From contig NC_043000.1 in the NCBI RefSeq assembly GCF_006345805.1, positions 138,818,001-138,882,000 on the forward strand: a DNA stretch of 64,000 nucleotides, read 5' to 3'. The translations under genes were made by a program, and so were the position numbers. The number at the start of each line of letters is the position of its first letter. Position 1 is the stretch's first letter. This document shows positions 63,719 through 64,000 of this stretch, in pieces. This DNA is from Octopus sinensis. Lineage: Eukaryota. Below the pieces are notes generated by a model. That model was not told where the DNA came from and did not search any database. It saw only the letters and a program-made list of their open reading frames with translations.

Positions 63719-64000
63719 TAGACCATTGCTGCAGTGCTGTCTGCAGGGAATTCTTCATTGAACATATTTCATAATGTAGTGGTGAGAAGAATACGTAATG
63801 ACATTGTTTAAATGGGTATTGATTACAAGTTCTCTGACTTGAGAACATTTAATAAAGTTAACTGCAAAACGTTTGAGCTTTGCTGAGGAGCTCTAATAAA
63901 ACTGAAATATGCCAGTAGTTTTTTTCTTCTATTTGATGAAAGTTAATGTAATATCAATCACCGAACAAAATTGTTGTTTTCTCAGTGTGTAAATATTTCT

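Noticed and set aside
63877-63910. CTGAGGA..GAAA hammerhead-like motif
   Set aside because: Stem II does not pair and no stem I or III partner was found.

Overview
AT-rich eukaryotic DNA, most likely an octopus genome (the repeat families resemble Octopus OK/OR-type tRNA-SINEs; this is recalled, not searched). No intact host protein-coding gene can be called. The window is intron-like or intergenic and dense in mobile DNA: about 14 copies of one tRNA-derived SINE plus three other SINE families, RTE LINE fragments and tails, an R4/Dong-like RT fragment, a decayed Gypsy pol, mariner remnants, two Helitrons, a decayed tRNA-Asp and many microsatellites. Most ORFs in the supplied track are SINE or microsatellite artefacts. 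The most interesting signals are: (i) Penelope-like pseudo-LTRs with variant hammerhead-ribozyme motifs, one with an intact U3:A8 core at the axis of a 287-bp palindrome; (ii) four long palindromes with unusual junctions; (iii) a 370-bp RTE-derived element with an HDV-ribozyme-like 5' end; (iv) SINE dimers sharing one junction; (v) a SINE flanked by a 130-bp duplication.
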